A stretch of 64,000 nucleotides of DNA, from assembly GCA_013239625.1 (NCBI GenBank), contig MU054757.1, forward strand, positions 2,026,251 through 2,090,250, in the 5' to 3' direction. Numbering within the stretch: position 1 is the first letter of the stretch; every line of letters starts with the position of its first letter. The notes under the pieces were generated by a model. That model saw only the letters and a program-made list of their open reading frames with translations, did not search any database and was not told the DNA's origin. This DNA comes from Lama guanicoe (Eukaryota). Position numbers and translations under genes: made by a program. Of the stretch, positions 1 to 13,955 are shown piece by piece.

Positions 1-1168
1 AGCCCCATGAGGACCCCAGCTCATTTCTGCTCAAGAATGCTTACTCTGTCTTTTCCTGATATCAGAATCTTGCCTTTAAGTTTTATTGGGCTGAATCTCT
101 TTCTTTAGTACACTTTTAAGTATAGCTTGTGAAAAAACTGATTCTTAATCCCCTGTTTAAACATAAGTTTCCCGGTGGCATGCGCTGAATTTCTCCTGTT
201 TGATAGCAGTGTGGATTCCCGATTTGCACCTCCCACACATTAAGTTGACAGCTGCATTATCCCAAAATGCATTCTTGCAATGATGACTGCCAGTATTTTA
301 TGATGACATCCTAGGAATTCAATTACAGCTGCTTACTGATATGAGTGGTATCTGTATTATTTGGTGAGTTAACCAGACGTACTAAATACATTTGTTGCAA
401 GTACAAGATACTAAAAGATAAACACCTTACTTATTATACTTATTACTAGTAAATGCCTTACTTATTATAGTAAAAAACTAGAAACAACCCAAATGTCGAT
501 CAGTAGGGGAATGGTTAATTAAATTGTGGCATAGCTATACTATGGAATATTATGCAACCTATCTCCAAAAGAAAGTAGATCTGAATTTATGGACATGCAT
601 CAGGCTCCCCATCAAGTGCTTTGTATGCATTGTTTTATTTAATTCTCACACCTCTGCAAAATTCCCATTTTATAGGTGTGGACACTGAGACATGGCCAAA
701 GTCACATAGTAAAAGTTGCAGCGGTAATTAGATTTGAGTTCTATGGACCCCCAAATTTATTTCCTCATCCAGTTACACTCTACTAGCTCATGGATGTCAC
801 AGCCTTATGTACTGCTGACTCTCCTCTGATGGAGATTTAGTTCAAGGTGATGTTGGTTTGTATAAACATGAAGGATAGGAAGAGACTCATATAATAGTAA
901 AAGTGAACATATCTAAGTGTCAAAACTAAATTACTTCTGAAAGAGGTATGTTTCCTGTTCTTTCCATGATTGAAACAAAATTTAAGAGTGTGTACCAAGA
1001 TTCTGGTTATGTGGATTTTCATGTATTTTCAGAGCCATTACTCTGTTTAAAATGCCAAGTTAAGAGTAAAGCGAGAAGGCATGCTTTTGCTTAAATGTAG
1101 TTATTGATCATGTAAAATATCACTTATATGCTTGTTTTTACAACTTTTCATTCTTTTAATATTTACAG

Positions 1169-1240
1169 ATGGACAAAAGAGAAAGAAATCCTTGAGAAAG
1201 AAACTGGATTCACTAGGGAAGGAGAAAAACAAAGACAGAG
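1169..1240 (+). CDS. ARHGAP6: ARHGAP6 exon 3 (72 nt, phase 1-1): (D)[23 protein letters not shown]
   Basis: Acceptor tttacag|AT, donor GAG|gtaaag. Translated by hand; not in the ORF track. Confidence 0.95.
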
Positions 1241-2121
1241 GTAAAGGACAGAATGAATGAAAGCAAATGCATCTTCCATGGAGCATAATGGTTGAATTTG
1301 GTGGGGTTTTTGAATTGCATAGATTTACGTGGTTCAACTCTATTATGTAAAGTGGATTTCTATGATGGACTGCCACTAAAGACGGTTTGGGTCTACTCTT
1401 TTTTATTTGAATGGCCGTGTACCGAATTGATGAGTTCAACTGGTTTGAGCAAAGTGTGACTTGGGCCAAATCTATGGTTCCAATTATGATGCTGGCCAAT
1501 CAGCAATGCAGAAGGAAAACCTGGGCTGAGTAGCCATGGATAGCATCTCTAACGCTAACCAGCTGTCTGGCAAATCCCCATAGTTAGACAGGGCTAATTG
1601 AATGAGAAAGAGTTTGGATTTGCTTACCATGACTACTGGAAAGAACAGTCTCACCAAGTTACTGAAGATGGGCCTTTCTCAGCATGTTAATGTTAGATCA
1701 CACAGCATGCTTATTTTTTGCCCTGTATGTTTTAGAAATTGTTGACTCTTCATACTGTCCCCTTCTATGTATACTTAGGAACTGACACTTTAGCCACTCT
1801 TTTCAGAGGTATTTGTGGTCATTTTATGAAACACAGTGATTGAGTGTTGAGTGAGGAGAGCCACGCCATATGTCTCACATTGGAGTTCTTTGATATAATG
1901 ATTGAATTTCTGCTTGAAAATTTATGAAAGGCAATGAAACTGAAGCTATGAAAATAAATGCACGGTGGTAAATATGAGACAAGACCTAGTCCACATCATT
2001 GATCCCAGACTCTACAGCCATATCTTGTACTGTGCCTAAAGGGTCACGACATTGGGTTCTTGGACTAAAAGGAGTTAAAAAATTCTAAAGAATGGAAAAG
2101 CCAGAGTTTTGCTTCCCTTAG

Positions 2122-2272
2122 AGCATGATTCCTCAACCTTGGGACTATTGACATCCCAAACTGGATAATTCTTTGTGGTGGGGGCTGTCTTGTATATAGT
2201 GTGAGATTTCTACCACTAGCTGCCGGTAGCACCACCCCCAGCCAGAATATCTCCAGACATTTCAAATGTTTA
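2122..2272. mobile_element. MER20-like hAT-Charlie DNA transposon relic
   Basis: ctcaaccttgggactattgaca...ggataattctttgtggtggggg...tctccagacatt resembles the MER20 consensus (from memory). Confidence 0.65.
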
Positions 2273-5200
2273 TTTCAAACTGGAGACAAGGAGATGAAAA
2301 TGTCAGTGATCCCTGCCCCTGACAGCATAGTAGAATAATTTGTGGAACCTTTCCATTGTGGAAATTCCAATGTCCTGAACTCCACCCCCAGAATATCTGA
2401 TCCCAATGGTCTGCTGTAGGGATACTGAGCATGTGTAATTCTATAAAGTGCTAATGTTCCCCTTTCTAGATAAGAACTATGGTACACACTAACCAGTATA
2501 TTCACCAGGGCACATCCTATCACAGCAGAATCTGCTGCTGGAATAATGGGTGCAAAAACATTAACTCTTGTCCAGCAACCTATCATTGTCTGATAAATTG
2601 TATTCTGTTGAATTGATTCATATGTCCTTGCCCTTATTTTTTAAATGAAAATTAGTAGCTAGGGTAGCTTTTCTAAAGTAGAGTTTTCACTCATTCTCTT
2701 CCTGCCATGGACTATCTTTACATCATTAGATTAGAGTAATTCTCGGTGTTTATAGAGTTATTAAAGGGATCATTCAGACTAACATTAGTAATGCGTTATC
2801 TTTAAATTTGTTTATTCTAGGGTGTTGACACTGGTACTGGGACCTGAACACTCATACTGTAGACTTTAGGTGATTCTTCAAAAGTGCCCACTCAGGCTAA
2901 ACTAAGCAGAATGAGCATTTTTTTTGCAGATGTTTGAATTCCCACAAGAGAGAGAGATGTATGCTCTCTTGCTTATATTAGGAGACAGCAGGAAGTAAGG
3001 GTAGGGCGGGAAAGCCCAGGGGAAGTAATCAACCAATATCACGGGGCTATTATACGTATTTCAGACCAAATCATATTTATATATTACATAGACTCAGTGA
3101 AAACTTGACAGTGTTCTGTAAGGCTGTACAGGGAGCTGGCTGGGAAAAGGAAAGCAGATCCTAGTGGTTCTAAAGAAAAGATGTGTCACTCATCCAACTA
3201 AGGAGAGAAATATCAGGATTTATGGCAAAAGAAGCTTTTTTTAAAGTAGTTTTGATAGTTAGAAAGAAGATGTCCTAGGCTTAAGTGAAGCTTAATTACA
3301 TGGCATCTTTTCTGAACATAAAGTCCTGTGAATGTCAACACATCCATTACATGGATGTCCTGGGAACCAGGATATGATGGGGCAGCCTACAGGTCTCGCA
3401 CAGTTGTGGTCAGTTCACATTATTTTCTTCCATTTGAATATTAGCATTAGGGTTCATAACAGCTGCACATGTGAAAAATGGCAATAATTTGAATCCAAGA
3501 GTAAAAGAAGGAAAACAGGAAACTCTAAATGACCTCTTGGGTTAGGTCATCTAAAAATAAAAATAGGAACAGCTTTTTAGAATCGAATTGCTCTCCCAAT
3601 AGAGTGATTCATTATATGTTTGATACACTGCTATATTAATTGATTCAATCAGAATGAATCATGTCCTGTGTTTTATTTAATTGCCTTGACATAATATTCA
3701 ACAGATCGTGTGACACTTCTGTGTCCCTCCTGCCACTTAAGCAGTGTCCATGTTACTTTTCATTTCCATATGGAAACTAATTCAGGGTTGATGTTGGCTC
3801 AGAAAACAGATTTTCACATAGAATAATTCCAAGTCCTTAATTTCTCTTAGTTAAATGACTTGGCACCCAAAAAGTATTTTTTAAACATCTAGAACTTCAG
3901 ATAATTTCTTTTTTGTGTCAAAAAAGAATCATTTTGGGGGAAAGGGTTTAAAAATAGCTACTTTGTTCCAGTGAGTGTGTGGTTCCTAACCAGCACACAA
4001 GAGGAATAGTTTTGACCGTGGCGTAAGTCTGGGAAAAAGGTCCCCTGTCTATGGGATATTTGCACATTATGCCATAGATTTATCAACATAAACTCTGGTG
4101 ATAGTTCAGGTCTAGCACCTTTCTTTATGCCACAATTACATGTGCCATGTTTTATTGTTCCCCACTGTCTAAGTGTGATACTGTACGTGAAGTAGCACTA
4201 TATAGGAATAGTTGATAAAACTTTATCTTGTGCACACTAAATAACAGTAGAAAAAGCAAGTGTCAGTTCTCACTATTTAGAAATTGTCAAAGAAAATGTA
4301 TTGAATGCTGTTGCTGGAGATGAGAGAAATGGCGGGAGTGTGATTCCAGGGAAGAGCAGGAAGGGGCTACCTCACACAGGATGGTGCGGGCCACAGCACA
4401 ACTTTTGGTCTGAGCATTGAGTAAGAGCAACATGTATCAAGGAGGGGGTGACCTAATGGTGTCTTGAGGTGGATTGCCACACCGCAATGGAAAACATGAA
4501 CTTGTGGTGGAGGTGAGACAGCAGTGGAGGGAGAAGCCTGACTCCAGACAAACCACTTCTGGTAAGGATAAGGTTCGGGATGGGACCAAGGGAGTTGGTG
4601 GAAAAGGTGATATGCAGAAAAAAGTAAGAGGAGAGGAGAAAGTCAAGGAGATGTGAGGACAGAGAATCAGATGGTCATTTATGTAGACACCCACGTCACC
4701 CAGGATGATGGTAGATTGAGGGGCTCTGACTGTGACAGTAGAAGACAGCAATGAGCACAATGAGCAGGAGACCAGGGGAGCACTTGCAGTACCAGGTTTC
4801 TGCCACACAGAGTCGGGGGGAGGATCTGGAAGTTGCAGGAGGGAGCAAAGAGGCGAGCACACCCCCTCCTGGCCCCATGGGTCATGGTGAGAGTCAGAGA
4901 CAGTGTCTACTAATGAGGACAGTGGAGGATGGAGTCTCCTTGGTTAGCGCATGCCATAGATTAGAACATGATACACATAGTCCCTGGCCCCAGACGGTGA
5001 GTCTTGGGTAATGTTTTTATGGTTTTAAAAACCTGTTATCAATCTTATTAGCCACTATCAGTACAGAAGCTATAGGTTCCTTTTCCCCCCTAACAGAAGA
5101 GCTTTGAACCCACAGATAAGCATGTGTACCCAACACTTTATTTACACAAGAAGGAGGGTTTTGCTCAATAGGCTCATGCTCAGTCCTCAACTTCACAATA

Positions 5201-7521
5201 GCCATAGTTTGAGAAGCAGTAATATTCAGGAAACCCTGCCTAGAATTTTCCAGAGACTAGATACTGCATGAGATACAAGTTTAGAGTGTAGAGAGATCTG
5301 TTTCCTTTCTGAAGCTTGTAAAAGTTCTCAGAAGAAAGCAATGAGAAACTAAAGAGACGAGATCGAAATACTAGCACTGAAAGAAGAAATAAACTCAGCC
5401 AGGAAAGACGGCCTATTAGAGAAAAATAAAAATCTGTTGGTGGCTTTATCTCTTGAATAGAAATGAAAGAGAAGTAAAGGTCATTCGGGGAGAATGACTT
5501 CATGTATTCCAACTGTTCAATTTGTACTCAGTTATTCCAGTTTACAAGGAGAGCGGCAGACTTTTAGATATTAACAATGACAGCTACCAAAGGAAAGCAC
5601 TTTTTTTCTTTTTTCCAGGGACATTAGAAATCTCTAATCGAGTCTGATTGGTTTCATTTATGTGGGAAAAATGTCTAGGGGAGGAATCGATAGTCCCCAT
5701 GTCATATTAAATCCCTGCTATGAGTGTGCCTAAATAAGCAGACACATGTCACTTGATACATTTATCAATGTCTTTTCTACTTACTATCCCCCAACAGTTC
5801 TTGTATATTCCGAGTAGCTGTCAGCCTTGCCATACACATGTTCCTAGACTTTCCCAAAATTTTTGGAAGTAAGACTATTTGGTTATTTCCATAGACAAGA
5901 CAGCCCTGATTTACACAATAAATCCTAAGGTGTCCCCTTTGGTTTCTAATTTTGCTAGTAGTGGAAATGACATTTTGTCAGTCATGAGTATTGGATCCTG
6001 CTACACTGTCCACACTGATCACTCAAAACAAGTGCCTAAATTATTTTGTGTTATCATATGCCATCTAGTTTGTTGATAGAGAATGATAAGCATCCTCTGA
6101 AAATCCCAAAATGCTGAAGTTTTGATTTTTCACTTCAAAATGAATTGCATGTTTTGATAGAACAAGAGGTGCAGACTTTTCAAGTGCCATTTCTGCTTTT
6201 AATGTAGACTTGGCTATTAGCCTAGTGATGCTAAAAATGTTGCCATGGATCAAAGAGGAAGACCTTTTAAAGCCCCTTTCCACCTGATTTAAAGTTATCT
6301 TTTGCTTTCAAAGAGCAAACAACCTTAGAATTGTTTTCCCTTGATCATTCTGGTTTTATTCGTAAGGGTTATAAAAACAGGGGAGAGGCTGGACGCCAGT
6401 TTTCTGCTACTAGGAGATGTAACTTTGAGTCTAAAAGAAATAATGCATTGAATTTAATTATTAATGCTTTTCAGCATGAATTTAAAATATTACCAATAAA
6501 ATGCCTGGCCCTAAGCATCAACGTGCTTACCACGTACGTGTATACAAATGGATTTACTATAGAGATCCAGAATGCAACTGAATGTACATCTCCAAATAAA
6601 GCAGTAGATTTCTGCATTATGTTCCTTCCCCCGAATTGTTCTTATTAGGGGATTTAATAAATTATACCCCAGGCTCTTCATGAGATATTTAGTGGTGAGA
6701 GTCCGTGTCTGCATGTGAGAATGGCTTGAGTTTAGATCATGAGAGTGACAGCCCCAACCCAGCCATTGAAGACAGAATGTGGGGACAAGGAACACAAAGA
6801 AAAAAGAGCAAAGTTCCCAAGCTGCTCCTCTGGCTCTTGGGTTTCATGTGTTGGCTCTTGTACCGGGAACCTCAAAGTGCAGCCACCTAACTGAATTTCA
6901 GTTTTTCTGCATCTCTCTCTTACAGCACATGACAGACTCTATTACAATTATTTAAATATCTGCCTCTCCACTGCCCTCACCACCACCCCACATTCTGCAC
7001 CCTTCAAGAGCCAGGACTGGACTTTCTGTAAGCTTTGTACTCCCCATTGCATAACTTGACATGGCATGCAGTAGATGCTCAGTAAGTGCCTGTGGGATGA
7101 ATGTATACATGCACAGTCTTCTCATGCCTTATAAGCTTCAAGGGCTCTTGAGACAGAAATCAAAGACTAACAGTTTGTAAAACCATGTACTCATGAGGAT
7201 GAAGTATGATGTATATCCTATCAAAAGTGTCATCTTTCTCTATAGAGTTATTTCTTTTAAAACATATTTGAGATATGTGGCGAAAAACCTCAAGGCCTGG
7301 ATTTCTAAAACCCGTGTTCTCCATTCATACTGGCTTTCTTTATGGAAATAGAAACTTTGGCCATTCTGACAAACACAAAATTATCTCCATATTTTGATGG
7401 ATGAATCCATTCTTCAGAAAACAGCCATTTGACTCTATCTGCCCTCAGATCTGCAGCATGACTGTGAGTCTTCCCTGGTCCGGTCTTTCTCTGAAAGTGG
7501 ATGTTTGTTTTTTGATTCCAG

Positions 7522-7778
7522 AATTCATCCCACAGGCATTTGGAATGCCCTTATCCCAAGTCATTGCGAATGACCGGGCCTATAAACTCAAGCAGGATTT
7601 GCAGAGGGATGAGCAGAAGGATGCATCTGATTTTGTGGCGTCCCTCCTCCCGTTTGGAAATAAAAGGCAAAACAAAGAACTCTCAAGCAGTAACTCATCT
7701 CTCAGCTCCACCTCGGAAACACCAAATGAGTCAACATCCCCAAACACCCCGGAGCCGGCTCCTCGGGCCAGGAGAAGG
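7522..7778 (+). CDS. ARHGAP6: ARHGAP6 exon 4 (257 nt): [13 protein letters not shown]...PAPRARRR
   Basis: Within ORF 7401..7847. Acceptor ttccag|AA, donor AGG|gtgagt. Confidence 0.97.
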
Positions 7779-8919
7779 GTGAGTTGGCCAGTATTTTCTC
7801 TGACACTGATGCTAAGACAACTGAAGAGTTATAAGCTTGTTCTCTGAGTCTTCACTCATGTGAGAACTGGAAGTGTAGCTTTTGTCCAGGTATCTGTCAA
7901 CAACCCCATTCAGGGAGAATCTGTACTGGCCCTGAGTCACCTGGCACACCCTCCAGCATTTCCCTGACCCCTTTCAAAGATGTTGGGTGCCTCTCCTTGG
8001 TTACCTGTGATATCCTGAATGTTCTACTACATCACCATTGATCCTGCTCTAGTGTAATCTGCTGCTGCGGTAGCAGAATTTCCCATAAGACTGTGAGGCT
8101 TGAAGGCAGGACCAGGTGCTTTTGTTAATCTCTTCATCTCATCCAAGGACTAAGCCTGGCTGAGTGAGTTTGATGCTGGTCTTCATAAACAAAGAGATAT
8201 CTTCTCATCAATGGAACATGTTTTTTTCTCAAACATAACCTTAGAAACACATATACACATATATACCCTCCTTCAAATCAACAGTGTGACAATATGGTGC
8301 CATTTATGAAGTGAGTACCATGTTCCAGGCACTGTGCTGTTACTTGGTATTTCAAATTCATATTTCAATCCAGGAAAGCTAAGTTTCCAAGGCATACTGG
8401 TTGGTGATTACCTGACAGTTGATAAGCATCTCTGAAACTTCCTAGGTGACTGGAAAATCTTCTCTCCTTTTCCTCTTACCTGGAGACCCAAATCTTTGCC
8501 ACCTCCAGCCATTGACTACTGCCTTATTTAAAACCCCAGACACTTCTCAGTTAAAATCCACAGTTCTCAATTAGCTCCCAACTTTAAGACTTCTCCAAGA
8601 TTGAAGGGTACCTGAGCCACCACTGTTTTCAGACACTTCACTGTGTTTGAAGACAACATTATGTAATATTTGAACTTGCTTGATGGAATTGTTCTTCCAG
8701 TCCTGTCATGGTCTCTCAGACTGTGTGTATAAGCCTTTATGGCAATAACACCAAAACTCCACATATGAGCTTTCTGAGAATCTAGAGCCCAGGCCATGGG
8801 CCTCCCAAATGCCCTCCCCTCTGTCCAGGCTTTGCTAGGACACCAGCAGCCAACTTCTTCCTCTATGCTTCATCAAAGAGTGAGTGACCATACAGACATC
8901 ATTGTTGCCCTGCGCCCTT

Positions 8920-9354
8920 ACCCTCAGCCTTTACCATTCCTTGCATGCCAGCACTCCTTCCACCTGTCATTACCTCTTCTCTTGGCTGGAGGCTTTCTCT
9001 GATGGCCAGAAGCACCCACCTATGCAGATGACAGGCTGCAAGTAGCAAGGCGTCAATGTCACCTCCTGATCCCTACCAGAAGCTGCCCTTAATCAATGAC
9101 TCATGAACCTTGTGGTATAAATACCCCAGTTCCCTGGCTTCTTAGCCAGGATAGCTCTGAAGTGCGTGATATACATGGTCTCTCAGAGGTCCCCAGCACA
9201 GTTGGGCTGCAGCTGCCCACAGGCTTGTTGTAGGCTTCATGATGCTCCCTTCAACGGCTGCCTTCACTTCCCTTTCTCATATACTGCTGTCCCCTGGGAC
9301 TATTACCCTAATAAAGTATGTTGTGTCACTTCTGGGGGAAACCAAACTAAGACT
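8920..9354 (+). mobile_element. LTR16-like ERVL solo LTR (5' boundary approximate)
   Basis: ggtataaataccccag, tctcagaggtccccag, aataaa and terminal tctgggggaaaccaaactaagac are typical of the LTR16 family. Confidence 0.65.
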
Positions 9355-9782
9355 GTTTATGGAATCCTCCTATTTAAAAATCTGCTTCCTAGAATCATAG
9401 TGGAGTTATTTTTTTATTCACAAGACTTCTCTGACTTTACCTCATTCATCAAGTATGTGATTTTTTCTTGTTTCAAGGAATGAAGTGGTTGGGTCAAAAT
9501 ATTTTAATTGTATGTTTGCCATCTCTTGTCTTCCATTTGGAAAAAGTTGTCTATTGCTGAAATTGTAACTCATTACCTTACCCCATATTGTGGAGGTTTC
9601 CTAACTTTTTCAAAAGGTGTTTGTTTTTTTCCTTTTACTATACAAAAAACACCATTAGACCAAACAGTATTATTTCAAGTATGATAAATAGTCATGGGCA
9701 GAAGTATTCACTGGATAGCATTGGGGGAAGCTGTTTTTATTTCCTGTGTCTGCACTCTTCGTTCATGTCTGTTTTTTTGCAG

Positions 9783-9978
9783 GGTGCAATGTCAGTGGAT
9801 TCTATCACCGATCTTGATGACAATCAGTCTCGACTGCTGGAAGCTTTACAACTCTCCTTGCCTGCTGAGGCTCCAAATAAAAAAGAAAAAGCCAGAGATA
9901 AGAAACTCAGTCTGAATCCTATTTACAGACAGGTCCCCAGGCTGGTGGACAGCTGCTGTCAACATCTAGAAAAACATG
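9783..9978 (+). CDS. ARHGAP6: ARHGAP6 exon 5 (196 nt): [10 protein letters not shown]...[15 protein letters not shown], start of RhoGAP domain
   Basis: Within ORF 9588..9986. Acceptor ttttgcag|GG, donor ATG|gtaagt. Confidence 0.97.
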
Positions 9979-12507
9979 GTAAGTAGACTTGTCTGTCAGC
10001 TGTCAGGTACTAAAGACCTTCATTTATTCAAGCATTATTCATTTAAGCACCCAATCTCAGCTCTGTGTTCATTTGATCAGGCTGTGGGCCAAAGTTTCCT
10101 TTAACTTCAGTCCGGCTGAACAAGATTGTGTGTGGGGGGAAATCAGCTTGGTAGTATTCAGACTCCCCAGCCCCAAAGAGTCCTCAGAAGTGACCCTGGA
10201 GGCCAAGTAGTTGAGGGGACGGCAAGATCTGTTGGGCTGGATCTATCCTCCAGGACTCGCTTCAAACAAAGCAGAGCCACTTTTATCTTTTTTATACATT
10301 GAGGTTACTCAAGGCTTCCTTTAAAAAAATTAAGAATCTAGCTTCTTAAAGAAAACAAATTAGAAACCCGTTCCTTAAGTGAATAGGAAATACATAGTTT
10401 GGGACAATAGGTTTCTATATTGCTGTTTGCATTTTTGTGGAAAGATGTCCGCTTAAAATCTCTTCACAAAAACTCTTTCAGCAACTCAGTTCCACTTAAT
10501 ATGCTGACTTAAAAATAATGCACAGTTCTTTAAACTTTTTGCCAAACTTTAGACTTTTGGCTCCTCAAACTGCCATTTCTACAATCTGAATGTGTTTGCT
10601 GTATTGTTAGAACGCATTTTATGGACAGGATGAGAGTTTATTCATTTCTTCTTTTTTCCAGTTTTATTGAGAATTAATTGACATACAGCAATGTAATTGC
10701 TTTTTTGCTACAAAAATAATATACTCATTGTAATAAAGAAAAAAACAGAAAAGCAAATTCTGAGGCTATCATATGGACATAGCTGCTGTTAACATTCTCA
10801 CTATTTCTTTCTAATAAAAGTAAGACTTTATACAAATTATTAAGGATCTATCCAGATCTCTTAATCAACTCATTATATATGGAAATCACTACATAATATA
10901 TGGGTAACAGTAAGATTAATAAGTATCAAAACATTGTTTATACAAAAATTTAATATGTGTATGTGTGTGTATGTGTGTATGTGTGTGTTTATCTGTCTCT
11001 TTTCCTTGGAAGGTAAACTGAAGGTCAAGAAAAATGTCTTAGTCATTTTGAATTTCCAATAGTTCGTATCATGATAACTCAATGAAAATGTTCAATCATT
11101 ATTACTTGAACAGAATTATTCTTAAAATAGCATAGGAAGAGTTCAGTACTATGAATATGTAAATTCAGCCTAAACTTTCCTATGAGGTAGAAAAAGAGGC
11201 TCATACTTTTGTAATTAGAAATATTCCCTATAAAGAATGTAGAGAGTAAACTGTAAGCATTTTAGAATTCTAAATGAGAAAATTTTATTCCACTCATGCA
11301 AAAATGCAGTGCCAGGTTGAGTAACTGCTTTGTGAAAGAAAACTTGGTATGTCTTTCTGTTTTCTTTTTGAAAATAAACTTTCATGAATTATCATTTGTA
11401 AAATTGCATTTCCTTTAAGATTACTCGAAACAGAGCAGTTCACTTTTTTTGCCAGGGTTGGGGGAAATAGTTACAATGCAGTTTAAGACCTAAGAGAAGG
11501 AAGATAACCTGCTTGATCTTTCAAGGCCCTGATTCTGTTCCAAGTTTCCATGGCGCTTAGCCCAAATGGCTCTGGAAAAATAAAAGACAGTTTCAGATTC
11601 AAAGAGATACGAATCTTGGGCACCTTCAAGCAACGAAAAAAAGGCAAACTTCAGAAGCACCTCCTTCATAAGACGTTGTTTGCCAGTTTTTGAAGTGGGT
11701 AGCAGAGAGTTTGATTCACTTTAGCCCTGTAAACATTTGTCAGAGATCTCTCCATTCTGTCCCAAATTGTTCTTGGACAATTATCTTGACTCCATCGGTA
11801 TTCATGTCCACCGCCCTTCCCCACTTTTCCTTCACCCAAATGCTTTCTGTGCTCTTAGGCCAACCCTTAATTTCCCAGAAGCACACATTTCAAACAAAAA
11901 CAAAACAGCCAGTATAACAAAGAGTCAAACTCTATTATATTTCTGGCATGTAGGCTGACTTTAGGCTGGGGCCTCCTGATTACTCGAATTCCCTAAGCCT
12001 GGGTCTACTTTCTGTTTCAGTTTCTGATGAAAAGGAGAGGAAGGTGATCACGTCCATTTCTGGGACAGGATACAGCAAGGTCACATTTCTCTGCCAGATA
12101 TATGCCCTTTCCGATGTACACCTGTTTTTAATCAGTGACTGTCTTAAGTCAAGGTTACTAAATGCCTAGACTGTATCTTGTCTTTGAGGAAAATGACTGG
12201 AAGACTTGTGTCAGAGAACGGCATTAGCTGTCTGAAGACTCATCTGCTCTACCTAAAATTAATTAATTATTTTTAAAACCTTAAAATAGAGTATAATTAA
12301 TTGATACATAGAAATTAAAGCAGTCAATCACTAGCTAGTTTTTTTTTAATCACAGTCATTTTTAATGAGTGGGAAAGTGCTGTAATTTGAGGAAACACTG
12401 TCATAGAAATGGACATTTTCGAACAGACTGGAAGAATTCAGCCAAAGGAATAGACCTACTTTATGTGACATCTCACTTATGTAGAAATTTCAGCTATTTG
12501 GAAACCA

Positions 12508-12917
12508 TCAGACCAACAAAAAATAAACCCAGCCAAAATTAAAATTGCTAAGACTGAGACGAGGCCACCCCACTCGTAGCTCACCCCCTCCCACAGATAC
12601 ACCAAGACTCACATCCACGGACCCACTCAGCCAACCAGAGCACCTGCGGAACTCTGACAGAACATCATCCTCTTCAAAAGACAAAGACGCCAAAAATCTG
12701 GTTTACAAGACCATGGCCTGACCCACGTGGACAGCTGCAAGAACAAAGAACTCCTACAACAAGAAGTTTACAACAACGAACCACACCCTCTCCCCTGTTT
12801 TTTGTATAAAAGGAGCCTGTATTCTGACTGGAGCAGGATGCTTCTCCAAGACATTAGTCTGCCATCCTCTTGGTCTTTGGCTTTCCGAATAAAGTCACTA
12901 TTCCTTGCCCCCCCCCC
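12508..12917 (+). mobile_element. ERV1-type LTR fragment
   Basis: C/A-rich U3-like tract, TATAAA 12805, then agacattagtctgccatcctct...gctttccgAATAAAgtc (12888), an R-region layout typical of ERV1 LTRs. Termini not resolved. Confidence 0.6.
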
Positions 12918-13836
12918 AAAATTGCTAAAACCTACCATTATATAAAAGTTTTCTGTTTTGCACAAAAAGACTCATTCGGCTCACTTAGGGCCTATATCAC
13001 TATATATAACAGTAGATGCCAGGTACAATTTTATGAATTTTATATACATTCAGTAACTGAATCAGTGCACATCTTTTCAAGTGGATACTTCTTATGCTCA
13101 TTTTTGTAGATGAATAAATAGAATTCTGTATTTGATTCTAATACCTTGATTTTCCTGTTTTCAAGCTCCCAGAGAGGTAGAAGCAATAAATTAGGCTGAG
13201 GGTTGGACTCAGTTATGAGGGAGACAAGCTGATGGCAGCAACACGGAAGACACAGACATCTTTTGAAAATAGATGCAAAGCAAAATTCCACCCAAGAGCA
13301 AATCACCAAGATGTACTCATGCAAATGAACAGTAACTAGCCTCTCAGCATGATTTTCTCAAATTATTCTGGAAATTCAGGATAACACTTATAAGATATAG
13401 AAGTGATAAATGGAGTATTTATGGATATTATCTTTTCTAACTGAAAAACTCTAGAAAATCAATTTTAAAAGTCTTATAGTTAATACACAATGTGGCAAGA
13501 CCATGGTATAAATATACAAAAGGATATCCATGTCTTATATAAGAGAAATAATCAGTTATGTACTATAACAATAAAATAATTCATTTATATTCATATCAAA
13601 AATATAATATACCTGGAATATCTGTAATGAGAAGGAAGAAAGTTCTGTGAAGAAAACTGCAAAGCTTTACCAAGAGATTAAAAAATTAAGAAACAAATTA
13701 AGGTGTCTACTTGGTTACTGGATTGAAAGAAATAATGTTATAAATATCTAAATTCTTTCCAATTTAATTATATATTGGACGAGTCAGAACTCTTTCAGTG
13801 GCAAGAGAGAGGAACCCAGATAAAACTAGAGTAAGC

Positions 13837-13955
13837 GGAGAGGGGGAAGGTCTAGCTCAGTGGTAGAGTGCATGCTTAGCATGCACAAGGTCCTGGGTTC
13901 TATCCCCAGTACCTCCATTTAAATAAAGAAGCCTAATTACCCCCCCAAAACCAAA
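13837..13955 (+). mobile_element. tRNA-Ala(AGC)-derived SINE (camelid Vic-1-like)
   Basis: A box tagctcagtgg, cttagcat anticodon loop, B box ggttctatcc, A-rich tail. 15-bp TSD aaaactaga(g/t)taagc at 13822-13836 and 13956-13970. Confidence 0.88.

Noticed and set aside
4751-5011. 86-aa ORF with a strong donor-like ACG|GTGAGT at 4997
   Set aside because: No pyrimidine-rich acceptor upstream, purine-rich repeat-like context, and no recognisable peptide.
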